From Clostridium sp. (GTDB lineage: Bacteria; Bacillota; Clostridia; Clostridiales; Clostridiaceae): a DNA stretch of 24,000 nucleotides. Shown here in pieces: positions 14,052 through 23,573 of the stretch. The notes below the pieces were generated by a model. It worked only from the letters and a program-made list of their open reading frames with translations, made no database searches and was not told the origin of the DNA. Positions within the stretch are counted from its first letter, which is position 1. Each line of letters begins with the position of its first letter. Location of the stretch: positions 3,095-27,094 of the forward strand of contig JARIDB010000068.1 of assembly GCA_029257045.1 (NCBI GenBank), written 5' to 3'. The position numbers were made by a program, and so were the translations under genes.

Positions 14052-15548
14052 ATGACTAATGTATTAGAGATAGTTACATCAAAAAAACTAACATATGAAC
14101 AAAAGGTATTTTCCTTAGCACATGCAGCTGAAGATAGTTTAGAGGTATTTGAAATATCTGAGAAGGCAAAATATTACTTTGAAAAAGAAGCAATATGTAA
14201 TCTTTTTGAAGGTAATGCACCTTATAGACCTAGATATATAATGCCAGATTATGATAAGTTTATTAAAAATGGTAGTGCTTTTTTAGAATTGAACCCTCCA
14301 GAAGATTTGGACGAGCTATTAAATTCATTAATGGTTCTTTATCGTCATGTTCCGTCTATTACAAGTTTTCCTGTTTACTTAGGTAACTTAGATAAGATGA
14401 TTGATCCTTTCTTAGAAGGACATAGTGATGAAGAAATTAAGAAAAAGCTTAAACTGTTTTTAAATTATTTAGATAGAACAATTACTGATAGTTTTTGTCA
14501 TGCAAATCTTGGACCAGAATACACAAGAGCTTGTAAGTTAATATTAGAAGTAGAGAGGGAATTACAAAATGCAGTTCCAAATTTCACTTTCAAATATGAT
14601 CCAGATATAACTCCAGATGATATAGCAGAATTAAGTCTTTACACTAGTTTATTCTGTGCAAACCCTGCAATGTGTAATCATAAAATCCATAAGGATACAT
14701 ATCCTTGCGATTACGGTATTTCTAGTTGCTATAATATACTACCAATAGGTGGTGGAGCTTATACTCTTTCTAGAATAACTCTTCCAGGATTAGCAAAGTT
14801 AGCAGAAACTAAAGAACAATTTTTAAATGAACTTCTTCCAGATTGCCTTAATTCAATGGGTGATTATATGAATAAAAGAGTAAGCTTTTTAGTAGAAGAA
14901 TCAGGATTCTTTGAAAGTTCATTTTTAGTAAAAGAAGGATTGATTGACCCAGATAAATTTATTGGAATGTTTGGACTTACAGGTTTAGCTGAATGTGCAA
15001 ATATTTTATTAGAGGGATCAGGTAAGAAATATGGACATGATGAAGACGTAGATAATTTAGCAGATGAAATTATGAATATCATATCTGAATTTGCAGCAAA
15101 CTTCCAAGCAAAATATTCAAAAATTTCAGGAGGACACTTTATGCTTCATGCTCAAGTTGGCCTTGATAGTGATTTTGGAATTACTTCAGGAGTTAGAATT
15201 CCAGTTGGTGATGAACCAGAAGATTTAGGAAAGCATCTTCGTCATAGCTCTCGCTTCCATAAGTTAATTACTACAGGATGTGGAGATATATTCTCAATGG
15301 AAACTACTACGAGAAATAATCCTTCTGCTATTTTAGATATTGTAAAAGGTGCATTTTTAATTGGTGTAAAATATATAAGTTTTTATGAGAAAAATAGTGA
15401 TTTAGTAAGAATTACAGGATACCTAGTTAAAAGAAGTGAGATGGAGAAATTTAGAAATAATGAAACTGTATTACAAAATACTACTCAGCTAGGTGGACCA
15501 AACTATGATAATAATAGATTGGCAGATAGAAAGGTTAGGGGAGTATGA
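14052..15548 (+). CDS. yjjI: YjjI-family glycyl-radical enzyme (short GRE, substrate unknown)
   Basis: 498 aa. The C-terminal glycyl-radical motif is DLVRITGYLVKR (Gly456, nt 15417..15419), of the RVxG[FWY] type. Its length is similar to E. coli YjjI (about 500 aa). It is immediately followed by, and overlaps, a YjjW-type activase gene. Confidence 0.75.
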   Translation: MTNVLEIVTSKKLTYEQKVFSLAHAAEDSLEVFEISEKAKYYFEKEAICNLFEGNAPYRPRYIMPDYDKFIKNGSAFLELNPPEDLDELLNSLMVLYRHVPSITSFPVYLGNLDKMIDPFLEGHSDEEIKKKLKLFLNYLDRTITDSFCHANLGPEYTRACKLILEVERELQNAVPNFTFKYDPDITPDDIAELSLYTSLFCANPAMCNHKIHKDTYPCDYGISSCYNILPIGGGAYTLSRITLPGLAKLAETKEQFLNELLPDCLNSMGDYMNKRVSFLVEESGFFESSFLVKEGLIDPDKFIGMFGLTGLAECANILLEGSGKKYGHDEDVDNLADEIMNIISEFAANFQAKYSKISGGHFMLHAQVGLDSDFGITSGVRIPVGDEPEDLGKHLRHSSRFHKLITTGCGDIFSMETTTRNNPSAILDIVKGAFLIGVKYISFYEKNSDLVRITGYLVKRSEMEKFRNNETVLQNTTQLGGPNYDNNRLADRKVRGV

Positions 15549-16381
15549 TAACAGCACCAATAAATAGGATTATTCCTTACAGTGTTGTTGATGGACCAGG
15601 TAATCGTACTTCAATCTTTTTACAAGGATGTAATATTAGATGTGCATACTGCCATAATCCAGAAACTCAAAATACTTGTTGTAATTGTGGAATATGTATA
15701 GATGTATGCAAATCATCAGCCTTATCTCTTGTAGATGGTAAGGTTATATGGGATGAAGAAAAATGTACTATGTGTGATAGCTGCATAAATATATGTCCTC
15801 ATAATGCATCACCTAAGATAAAAATGATGACTTCAGAAGAATTATTCATGGAAGTAAAAAAGAATATTCCATTTATCCGTGGAATTACAGTCTCTGGGGG
15901 AGAGTGTACTTTACATCCAGAATTTTTACTAGAACTTTTCACATTAGCTAAGGCAGAAAAATTAACATGCCTAATAGATAGTAATGGTATGGTAGATTTC
16001 ACTTTATATCCTGAGTTATTAAAAAAGTGTGACGGGGTAATGCTTGATGTTAAAGCATGGAATCTTAGCATTTATAAGAAACTTACAGGGTTTGGTAACG
16101 ATATTGTAAAGAAGAACCTGAAACTTTTGTCAGATAAGAACAAAATTGAAGAATTAAGAATTGTATGTATGCCAAATGAAGTTGATGCAGAAGATGTAAT
16201 TCAAGGAATTACCCAGATTATTGGAGAAAAGGTTGCAGATACAAAATTAAAATTGATAAAATTTAGACATTATGGCGTAAAAGGAAAATTAGAAAATATA
16301 AAAAGTCCAGATGATGAATATATGGATAATTTACATCAGAAGGCAATTAAAGCAGGATTTAAGAAGATTATTTTAACATAA
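15545..16381 (+). CDS. yjjW: YjjW-family glycyl-radical enzyme activating enzyme (radical SAM)
   Basis: 278 aa. The N-terminus reads VVDGPGNRTSIFLQGCNIRCAYCHNPET (CxxxCxxC). Two ferredoxin-like Cys clusters follow (CCNCGICIDVC and CTMCDSCINICP). An ATGA start/stop overlap with the upstream GRE gene suggests translational coupling. Confidence 0.85.
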   Translation: MITAPINRIIPYSVVDGPGNRTSIFLQGCNIRCAYCHNPETQNTCCNCGICIDVCKSSALSLVDGKVIWDEEKCTMCDSCINICPHNASPKIKMMTSEELFMEVKKNIPFIRGITVSGGECTLHPEFLLELFTLAKAEKLTCLIDSNGMVDFTLYPELLKKCDGVMLDVKAWNLSIYKKLTGFGNDIVKKNLKLLSDKNKIEELRIVCMPNEVDAEDVIQGITQIIGEKVADTKLKLIKFRHYGVKGKLENIKSPDDEYMDNLHQKAIKAGFKKIILT

Positions 16382-16477
16382 TAATAAAATCTATTAGTAT
16401 TTTATTATTTAATTTTAATAGAAATCATAAAAATTATTTTAAAATAATATATCAAATAACGGGGGGAATTTTTTATT

Positions 16478-17527
16478 ATGAAAAAAAGAATTTTAGGATT
16501 AATGTTAACGGTAAGTATGGTAGTTTCCTTGGCAAGTTGTGGAACAAAAGGTTCTGAAGTTGGTGGAAAAAAAGGGGATAAAGCCAAGTCAGAATTCTCT
16601 GTTGCAATGGTAGCGGACACCGGTGGTGTAAATGATCAAAGTTATAATCAATCTGCATGGGAGGGATTACAAGAGTTTGGTAAAGAAACAGGAGCCAATG
16701 TAAGTTATTTAGAATCTACTCAAGCATCTGATTTTTCATCTAACTTTGATAAGTTATCTGATCAAGACTTAAATTTAATATGGGGAATCGGATTCATTAT
16801 GGCAGATTCACTTTTAGAGGCTGCAAAGATGAACCCTGATAAAACATATGCAATTATTGATAATGAATATGGTGCAAACACACCTGAAAATTTAGCATGT
16901 GCTGTATTTAATGTTCAAGACTCATCTTTCTTAGTAGGGTACATAGCTGGTTTAACAACAAAGACAAACAGAGTAGGATATATTGGTGGAATGAAGAGTC
17001 CTACTATGGATTTATTCGAATATGGATATAGAGCAGGCGTAGATTATGCAGCTAAAGAATTAGGAAAAGAGATAGCAGTTGATATTCAATTTGCAGAAAG
17101 CTTTACAGATGCAGCAAAAGGTAAAGCAATGGCAGCTTCTATGTATAATTCAGGAGCAGATATTTTATTCCATGCTGCTGGTGGTGTAGGTGTTGGTGCA
17201 ATTGAACAAGCGGTAGAAGAAAATAAGCTTATAATTGGTGTAGACCGTGATCAAACTTATTTAGCTCCTAAGAATATTTTAACTTCAGCTCTTAAGATAG
17301 TAGGTGTTGCAACAAAAGAACTTACTAAAGAGGTTATGGATGGTAATGAAATTGGAGGAAAAACATTTACTTATGGATTAAAAGAAGGAGCAGTAGGTAT
17401 CCCAGAAAATAATCCAAATATGGATTCAAAAGTATATAAAAAGGCAATGGAAATTCAACAATTAATTAAAGATGGAAAAGTAGTTGCTCCTTATAGCGAA
17501 GAAAGTTACGCTGAATTTAGCAAATAA
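16478..17527 (+). CDS. BMP-family (PnrA/Med-like) nucleoside-binding ABC transporter lipoprotein
   Basis: 349 aa. The lipoprotein signal is MKKRILGLMLTVSMVVSLASC. BMP-family motifs are VADTGGVNDQSYNQSAWEG, GYIGGM and IIGVDRDQ. Confidence 0.85.
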   Translation: MKKRILGLMLTVSMVVSLASCGTKGSEVGGKKGDKAKSEFSVAMVADTGGVNDQSYNQSAWEGLQEFGKETGANVSYLESTQASDFSSNFDKLSDQDLNLIWGIGFIMADSLLEAAKMNPDKTYAIIDNEYGANTPENLACAVFNVQDSSFLVGYIAGLTTKTNRVGYIGGMKSPTMDLFEYGYRAGVDYAAKELGKEIAVDIQFAESFTDAAKGKAMAASMYNSGADILFHAAGGVGVGAIEQAVEENKLIIGVDRDQTYLAPKNILTSALKIVGVATKELTKEVMDGNEIGGKTFTYGLKEGAVGIPENNPNMDSKVYKKAMEIQQLIKDGKVVAPYSEESYAEFSK

Positions 17528-17604
17528 TAACTTTGACAATAAAAAGTAATTTCTATTATTAGAAGTTATAGTTTATAGTATGTAATTTGTTTTTTGAAAT
17601 TAAT

Positions 17605-17645
17605 ATAAAAAAGGGATTGTGAAATAAAAACATGTCCCTTTTTTA
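17605..17645 (+). terminator. Intra-operon rho-independent terminator/attenuator after the binding-protein gene
   Basis: AAAAAAGGGA...TCCCTTTTTT, with GGGA at 17613..17616, TCCC at 17635..17638 and a T-run at 17639..17644. Confidence 0.6.
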
Positions 17646-17781
17646 ATTTGAACAAAGGTAAAAAATCAATAATAGGATTTGTTTATAATAGACAACTGCA
17701 CATAGATTAAATGATTTTATAAAGTGTAGTTATCATGGTTTGTATGGAACATTGTAGTAAATAAGTGGGGGGAACATATTT

Positions 17782-19323
17782 ATGGAAATCAGAAAAGATT
17801 ATGCTGTCCAAATGCGTGGAATTACAAAAAGATTTGGTACATTTACTGCATTAGATAATGTAGATATAAATATTAAAAAAGGTACTATACATTCAATACT
17901 TGGTGAAAATGGTGCTGGAAAAAGTACATTAATGAATGTCTTATATGGGTTATATCAAGCAGAAGAAGGCGAGATATACATAAATGGAGAAAAAGTAAAT
18001 GTAAGTAATCCAAATATTGCTATTGATCATGGTATTGGAATGGTTCATCAACATTTCATGTTAGTAGATAATTTTACAGTAACTAAAAATATCATATTAG
18101 GAACAGAAGTAACAAATAAATTTGGAGTTCTTGATATGAATAAAGCAAAAGAAAAAGTTAAAGAAATTGTAGCTAAATATGGTTTAGAAGTAGATCCTGA
18201 TGCTTTAATAGAAAACATATCTTTAGGAATGCAACAAAGAGTGGAGATATTAAAAGCACTTTATCGAGGAGCAGAAATTCTTATTTTAGATGAACCGACA
18301 GCAGTATTAACTCCACAAGAAATTACTGAATTAATTAGAATTATGCATACTCTAATTGAAGACGGTAAAACAATTATAATAATTACACATAAATTAAAAG
18401 AAATTAAACAATCAGCAGAATTATGTACTATTATTCGAAGAGGTCATTATATTGATACAGTAGAAGTTGACAAAATTACAGAAGGGGATCTAGCTACAAA
18501 TATGGTAGGTCATGAAATAAAACTTGTAGTTGATAAAAAAGATTCTGATCCTGGCGATGTTATATTTGAAATTGATAATATAAATGTTAAAAATGAAAAA
18601 GGTCTTGATGCTTTAAAAAATCTATCCCTTAAAGTTCGTAAAGGAGAAATTCTTGGAATTGCTGGTATAGATGGAAATGGACAAAAGGAATTAATTGAAG
18701 CTATAACTTGCCTTGTTCCAACAGAAAAAGGAACAATAAAAATTAACGGAAAAGAGATACAAAATACAACACCTTTAAATGTAATAAACAATAAGGTATC
18801 AACAATACATGAAGATAGACAAAAAAGAGGACTTGTTTTAAATTTTACAGTAGCAGAAAATACAGTACTTGAAACTTATAGAAAATTACCATTTTCAAAA
18901 AATGGATTCCTAAATAAAAATAAAATATTAGAATATGCAAAAAAGATGATTTGTGATTACGATGTAAGACCATCCACATGTGAATCACAATTAGTTAGAT
19001 GCTTATCTGGTGGTAATCAACAGAAAATCATTATAGCTAGGGAAGTAGCAAATAATCCAGATCTTTTAATAGCTGTACAGCCAACAAGAGGATTAGATGT
19101 TGGGGCAATAGAATATGTACATAACGCATTAATTAAAGAGAGAGATAAAGGGAAAGCAATTTTATTAGTTTCATTAGAATTAGATGAAGTAATGAATGTA
19201 GCTGATACAATAGCAGTAATCTACGATGGAACAATAGTTGGATCATTTAAACAAGGAACAGTAGATGAAAATACAATAGGTTTATATATGGCAGGAGGAT
19301 CTGAAGATGGGAAAGATAACTAA
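17782..19323 (+). CDS. ABC transporter ATP-binding protein, duplicated ATPase type (nucleoside/sugar CUT2 family)
   Basis: 513 aa with two nucleotide-binding domains. The first has Walker A GENGAGKST and the second has the signature LSGGNQQK. This is the typical partner of BMP-type systems. Confidence 0.9.
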   Translation: MEIRKDYAVQMRGITKRFGTFTALDNVDINIKKGTIHSILGENGAGKSTLMNVLYGLYQAEEGEIYINGEKVNVSNPNIAIDHGIGMVHQHFMLVDNFTVTKNIILGTEVTNKFGVLDMNKAKEKVKEIVAKYGLEVDPDALIENISLGMQQRVEILKALYRGAEILILDEPTAVLTPQEITELIRIMHTLIEDGKTIIIITHKLKEIKQSAELCTIIRRGHYIDTVEVDKITEGDLATNMVGHEIKLVVDKKDSDPGDVIFEIDNINVKNEKGLDALKNLSLKVRKGEILGIAGIDGNGQKELIEAITCLVPTEKGTIKINGKEIQNTTPLNVINNKVSTIHEDRQKRGLVLNFTVAENTVLETYRKLPFSKNGFLNKNKILEYAKKMICDYDVRPSTCESQLVRCLSGGNQQKIIIAREVANNPDLLIAVQPTRGLDVGAIEYVHNALIKERDKGKAILLVSLELDEVMNVADTIAVIYDGTIVGSFKQGTVDENTIGLYMAGGSEDGKDN

Positions 19324-20429
19324 TATATTAAAGAAACAAATTACCATTACATTATTGGCCATTATCTTTGGTTTTATTGTATCAGGATTTATTTTGGCAA
19401 TAGCAGGGTATAATCCTTTCGAGGCATTTTCTATACTTTTTAAAGGTATGGTTTCTAAACCCAAATATATTGTAAATGTAATAACAAAAGCTACACCTAT
19501 TATTTTAACTGGTCTTAGTGTGGTATTTGCTTTTAAAGTAGGGTTATTTAATATTGGTGCAGAAGGTCAATATATTGTAGGTACAATTGCTGCAACAGTA
19601 ACAGGAATTCTTTTTGATTTCCCAGCTTGGATACAATATCCATTAGTAATTATATCAGGTATTATAGCAGGAGGATTATATGGTGCCATAATTGGATTTT
19701 TAAAAGCTAAATATGGTATTCATGAAGTAATCACAGGAATTATGTAACTGGATTGCATTTTATGCAGGTAATTATGTTGTTACTCTTAATAAATTTCACC
19801 AAGCTAATTCAACAAATACATATTCAATTAACCAATCTGGAATTGATTTTATTTATAATTGGAAAGTTTCAGAAGCAGGTATTGCTACATTAAAAAGTAA
19901 TCCAATATTATTAGAGATAATAGGTAAAACAGATATTAATATGGGAATACTATTTGCAGTTATCGTGGCAATATTAGTGAAAGTTGTTTTAAACAAAACA
20001 ACAAAGGGATTTGAGCTTAGAGCAGTTGGATTTAATAAAGATGCAGCAGAATTTGCTGGGATTAATGTAAAGCGTAATATTGTATATGCACTACTTGGTG
20101 CTGGAGCAATTGCTGGATTAGCAGGAGCTTTATCAATTACTGGGGTATCTCATAAGTTACTTACCCTTGGGGTATCTGAAAATTATGGATTTAATGGATT
20201 ATCGGTGGCAATGATAGCTGGTAATTCACCAATTGGTACAATATTTGCAGGATTATTATTTGCAGGACTTTTCTATGGTGGTGGTTCAATTCAGTCACAA
20301 ATTGGTGCCCCATCTGAGATTATTAATATTATGGTTGGAACAATTTTATTCTTTGTAGCAATAGCTAATATAGTTCCAATATTATTAAATAAATTATCTA
20401 AAAAGAGAGGTGCGAAAAATGTTAAATAG
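19307..20429 (+). pseudogene. BMP-system ABC permease interrupted by a frameshift (ORFs 19307..19747 and 19941..20429 are one gene)
   Basis: ORF 1 ends ...KYGIHEVITGIM-TAA (19745..19747). The +1 frame is open from 19731 and reads NWIAFYAGNYVVTLNKF... continuously into ORF 2. Joined, it gives ...HEVITGIM(L)NWIAFY..., the conserved junction of this permease family. The observed ATGTAACTGG is consistent with a 2-nt loss from ATGTTAAACTGG. Confidence 0.7.
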
Positions 20430-21336
20430 TATCTTATTATTAATTAGTATAACAATGATGTACTCAACTCCTTTAATATTTGGAGCTTTAGGTGGATTGA
20501 TTAGTGAAAAAAGTGGTGTAACTAATATTGGAATTGAAGGTATGATGACAATGGGAGCTGCAACTGCTGTATGTGTAGCATATACTACTGGAAACCCATG
20601 GATAGGATTTATATCAGCAGGTATTATGAGTGGGTTATTAGCTCTTCTTCATAGTATAGCAGCAATTAGATACAAAGCTGATCAGACTGTTTCTGGTATT
20701 GCGATTAACCTACTAGGTTCAGGAATAGCTTTATTTATTACACGTTTACTATTTGGTGGAACTAATACACCAGCTGTTCCTAATAAGTTACCAAAGATAT
20801 TTGGAGATAGTTCTAATTTAGGAATTCTAAAAAACTTTAATTTTGATGTTACAGTTATTATTGCATTAGCATTTACAGTGATTTTATGGTTTATATTATA
20901 TAAAACAAAATGGGGACTACGTATACTTTCTGTTGGTGAACACCCACAAGTAGCAGATACACTAGGTATTAATGTATATAAGATTAGATATATCTGTGTT
21001 ATTGCTTCTGGTGTTTTAGCCGGTTTTGGAGGAGCTTCAGTGACTCTAGCTATTATATCAAACTTTACTCCTACTGCAATAAGTGGTCAGGGATTTATAG
21101 CATTAGCAGCTGTAATATTTGGAAAGTGGAAGCCTTTTGGTGTATATAAAGCAGGTTTAGTATTTGGATTTGCACAAGCATTAACAATAGTTTTAGGCGG
21201 TGGAAAATCAATTGTACCAACTCAGCTTTTAGCAATGCTACCATATATTCTTACTATCATAGTATTAATATTATTTGTAGGAAAAACTGTTGGTCCAAAA
21301 GCAAGTGGTGTTCCATATGAAAAAGGACAAAGATAG
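20419..21336 (+). CDS. BMP-system ABC transporter permease (second permease)
   Basis: About 305 aa and polytopic. I prefer the ATG at 20419 (SD AGAGAGG 20404..20410, 8-nt spacing) over the ORF-track GTG at 20410, which lies inside the SD. Confidence 0.85.
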   Translation: MLNSILLLISITMMYSTPLIFGALGGLISEKSGVTNIGIEGMMTMGAATAVCVAYTTGNPWIGFISAGIMSGLLALLHSIAAIRYKADQTVSGIAINLLGSGIALFITRLLFGGTNTPAVPNKLPKIFGDSSNLGILKNFNFDVTVIIALAFTVILWFILYKTKWGLRILSVGEHPQVADTLGINVYKIRYICVIASGVLAGFGGASVTLAIISNFTPTAISGQGFIALAAVIFGKWKPFGVYKAGLVFGFAQALTIVLGGGKSIVPTQLLAMLPYILTIIVLILFVGKTVGPKASGVPYEKGQR

Positions 21337-21374
21337 ATAATAATAATAAAATTAATATAAAGGAGATACTAGAT

Positions 21375-22697
21375 ATGAGAATGTATGACTTAATTATGAA
21401 AAAGAAAAGTGGACAAATATTAACAAAAGAAGAAATTTCATATATGGTTAAGGATTATGTATTAGGAGAAATTCCAGATTATCAGATGTCTGCAATGTTA
21501 ATGGCAATCTGTTTTCAAGGAATGAATGAAAAAGAGATAACTGAATTTACTATGGAGATTGCAAGTTCTGGAGATATGGTGGATCTTTCTGAAATTGAAG
21601 GAATTAAAGTTGATAAACATAGTACAGGCGGTGTTGGTGACAAGACAACATTAGTAATTGGACCTATTGTTGCAGCTTGTGGAGTAAAAGTAGCTAAAAT
21701 GTCTGGACGTGGTCTTGGACATACTGGAGGAACTATTGATAAACTTGAAGCAATTCCAGGTATGAAGGTTGATTTAAATCAAGAAAAGTTTTTCTCTGTA
21801 GTTAATGAAGTTGGCGTAAGTGTTGTAGGACAATCTGGTAACTTAGCACCAGCTGATAAAAAGTTATATGCATTACGTGATGTTACAGGAACTGTAGATA
21901 GTATTCCTTTAATTGCGGCTTCTATTATGAGTAAAAAATTAGCTTCAGGTAGTAACTGTATCCTTTTAGATGTAAAGACTGGAAGTGGTGCATTTATGAA
22001 AACTATTGATGGATCAATTGAACTCGCAAAATGTATGGTATCTATTGGAGAACATGCAGGAAGAAAAACAATGGCAGTAATTACTGATATGGATATTCCA
22101 TTAGGAAAAGCAATTGGTAATTCTTTAGAGGTTATAGAAGCAATTGAAACTTTAAAGGGAAAAGGACCAGAAGATCTAACAGAAGTATGCTTAAGTCTTG
22201 CTTCTAATATGCTATATTTAGCTGGAAAAGGTGAAATAGAAGAATGTAGAAATCTTGCAAAGGAAGCCATATCAAGTGGAGCTGCATTACAAAAGCTTGT
22301 TGAAATGGTTGACGCTCAAGAGGGAGATTCTTCTGTTATATTAGATACTGAGAAGTTTACTAAGGCATCTTATAGTTATGAGTTAAAATCTAGTGAAGCT
22401 GGTTATATTACTCATATGGACACTGAAGGGTGTGGAATTGCATCTGTAGTTCTAGGTGCAGGAAGAGAAACAAAAGATAGTGAAATAGATTACTCAGCTG
22501 GTATTGTTTTAAACAAGAAAACAGGTGACTATGTAAATGAAGGAGATACCCTTGCAATTTTATATGCATCTTCAAAAGATCTATTTTCAAAAGCAGAGTC
22601 AATATTAAAGGGTGTTTACACGCTATCAAAAGAAAAAATAAAAGAAGAGCCACTAATATTTGCAAAGGTTAGTATTGACAGTGTAGAAAGATACTAA
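21375..22697 (+). CDS. pdp: Pyrimidine-nucleoside (thymidine) phosphorylase
   Basis: 440 aa. The N-terminus MRMYDLIMKKKSGQILTKEEISYMVKDYVLGEIPDYQMSAMLMAI closely parallels Geobacillus PyNP as I recall it. It contains the KHSTGGVGDKTTL motif. Confidence 0.9.
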   Translation: MRMYDLIMKKKSGQILTKEEISYMVKDYVLGEIPDYQMSAMLMAICFQGMNEKEITEFTMEIASSGDMVDLSEIEGIKVDKHSTGGVGDKTTLVIGPIVAACGVKVAKMSGRGLGHTGGTIDKLEAIPGMKVDLNQEKFFSVVNEVGVSVVGQSGNLAPADKKLYALRDVTGTVDSIPLIAASIMSKKLASGSNCILLDVKTGSGAFMKTIDGSIELAKCMVSIGEHAGRKTMAVITDMDIPLGKAIGNSLEVIEAIETLKGKGPEDLTEVCLSLASNMLYLAGKGEIEECRNLAKEAISSGAALQKLVEMVDAQEGDSSVILDTEKFTKASYSYELKSSEAGYITHMDTEGCGIASVVLGAGRETKDSEIDYSAGIVLNKKTGDYVNEGDTLAILYASSKDLFSKAESILKGVYTLSKEKIKEEPLIFAKVSIDSVERY

Positions 22698-22717
22698 TAT
22701 CTAATATTAAATATATA

Positions 22718-22747
22718 AAAACCGTACAGATTTTTTTGTACGGTTTT
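22718..22747. terminator. Bidirectional rho-independent terminator between pdp and the convergent TetR gene
   Basis: The arms AAAACCGTACA(22718..22728) and TGTACGGTTTT(22737..22747) have A/T runs on both sides. Confidence 0.8.
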
Positions 22748-22758
22748 ACTGTTTTATA

Positions 22759-23331
22759 TTAAACTTTTAATTGCTGTTTATAATTAACTACTTCATTTAA
22801 AAATTTAACAAGATCAGCAGGAGATTCTTTTAAGTCATTTTCAAGCCAGGTTTGAATAATTGATAAAATCCCGCCTATAGAATATTTTATTAAGTAATCT
22901 AAATAAACCTCGTCAATATCTGGGTTTCCTATAAGTTTATCAATATCTACTTTATGAGCTATATAAAGGATACGATCTAGAATTTTACTTCCTCCTTGCT
23001 TACAAAGTAATATTTTACATAAAGATCTATTTTGAAATATTAACTCAAATACATTAATTAATAAAGTATCTAGATGATTTTCAATTGGAGTTTCCATAAC
23101 ATATTTTAATATTTGATCAAACAATTCATCTTCTATAGATTGCAGTAGGTCATAGGCATCTTTGTAATGAGTATAAAATGTTCCTCTATTTATATCAGCC
23201 TTTTTACAAATATCCGTAACTGTAATTTCATGTATTTCATTATCTTGAAGTAACTCTATTAAACTTTCAATAATTATTTTTTTTGTATATACAACTCTAC
23301 GATTTCCTTTAGTTCCTGCCATTTTACTCAC
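22759..23331 (-). CDS. TetR/AcrR-family transcriptional regulator
   Basis: 190 aa. The N-terminal HTH is ITVTDICKKADINRGTFYTHYKDAYDLL, which is typical of TetR_N. Confidence 0.85.
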   Translation of the reverse strand: MSKMAGTKGNRRVVYTKKIIIESLIELLQDNEIHEITVTDICKKADINRGTFYTHYKDAYDLLQSIEDELFDQILKYVMETPIENHLDTLLINVFELIFQNRSLCKILLCKQGGSKILDRILYIAHKVDIDKLIGNPDIDEVYLDYLIKYSIGGILSIIQTWLENDLKESPADLVKFLNEVVNYKQQLKV

Positions 23332-23573
23332 CTTCTTAAATATAGTTTAATTCCTTAAATTATAAGTTAACATTTTAACAATTTTATATTATTTGATATT
23401 AAGTAGACAGACTTTTATTAAGTGTTCATTTAATACCAAACTGAAAATATGTGGCTATTGTTACTAACACAATTATTATTTATACTAAGTATTGTAATAT
23501 TAAATATACAAGATGTCTACTTTATAACATTTAGTGTAGATATCTATTGTAATAAGTTAAATGGAGGTAGACT

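Noticed and set aside
16382-16477. Possible riboswitch or purine/pyrimidine-sensing leader upstream of the BMP nucleoside-binding protein gene
   Set aside because: The region is under 100 nt and almost pure A/T. It has only a weak AT hairpin (AATAAAAT...ATTTTATT) and no conserved riboswitch core is recognisable.
19745-19747. Programmed frameshift or stop-codon readthrough at the permease break
   Set aside because: There is no slippery heptamer, no stimulatory structure and no known precedent in this family. A simple 2-nt deletion or a sequencing error explains it.
20410-20418. GTG start at 20410 for the second nucleoside permease (MRKM...)
   Set aside because: The GTG lies within the AGAGAGG Shine-Dalgarno sequence itself. 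The ATG at 20419 has proper 8-nt spacing.
23361-23566. Short repeats in the TetR/ABC divergent intergenic region: AAGTAGACA (23401..23409) with its complement TGTCTACTT (23514..23522), palindrome TAGATATCTA (23537..23546), and ATAAGTTAA twice (23362.. and 23552..)
   Set aside because: These are plausible TetR operator pieces, but each is only 9-10 bp. The spacing is irregular and I cannot define a convincing TetR-style 15-30-bp palindrome, so the evidence is too weak to call.
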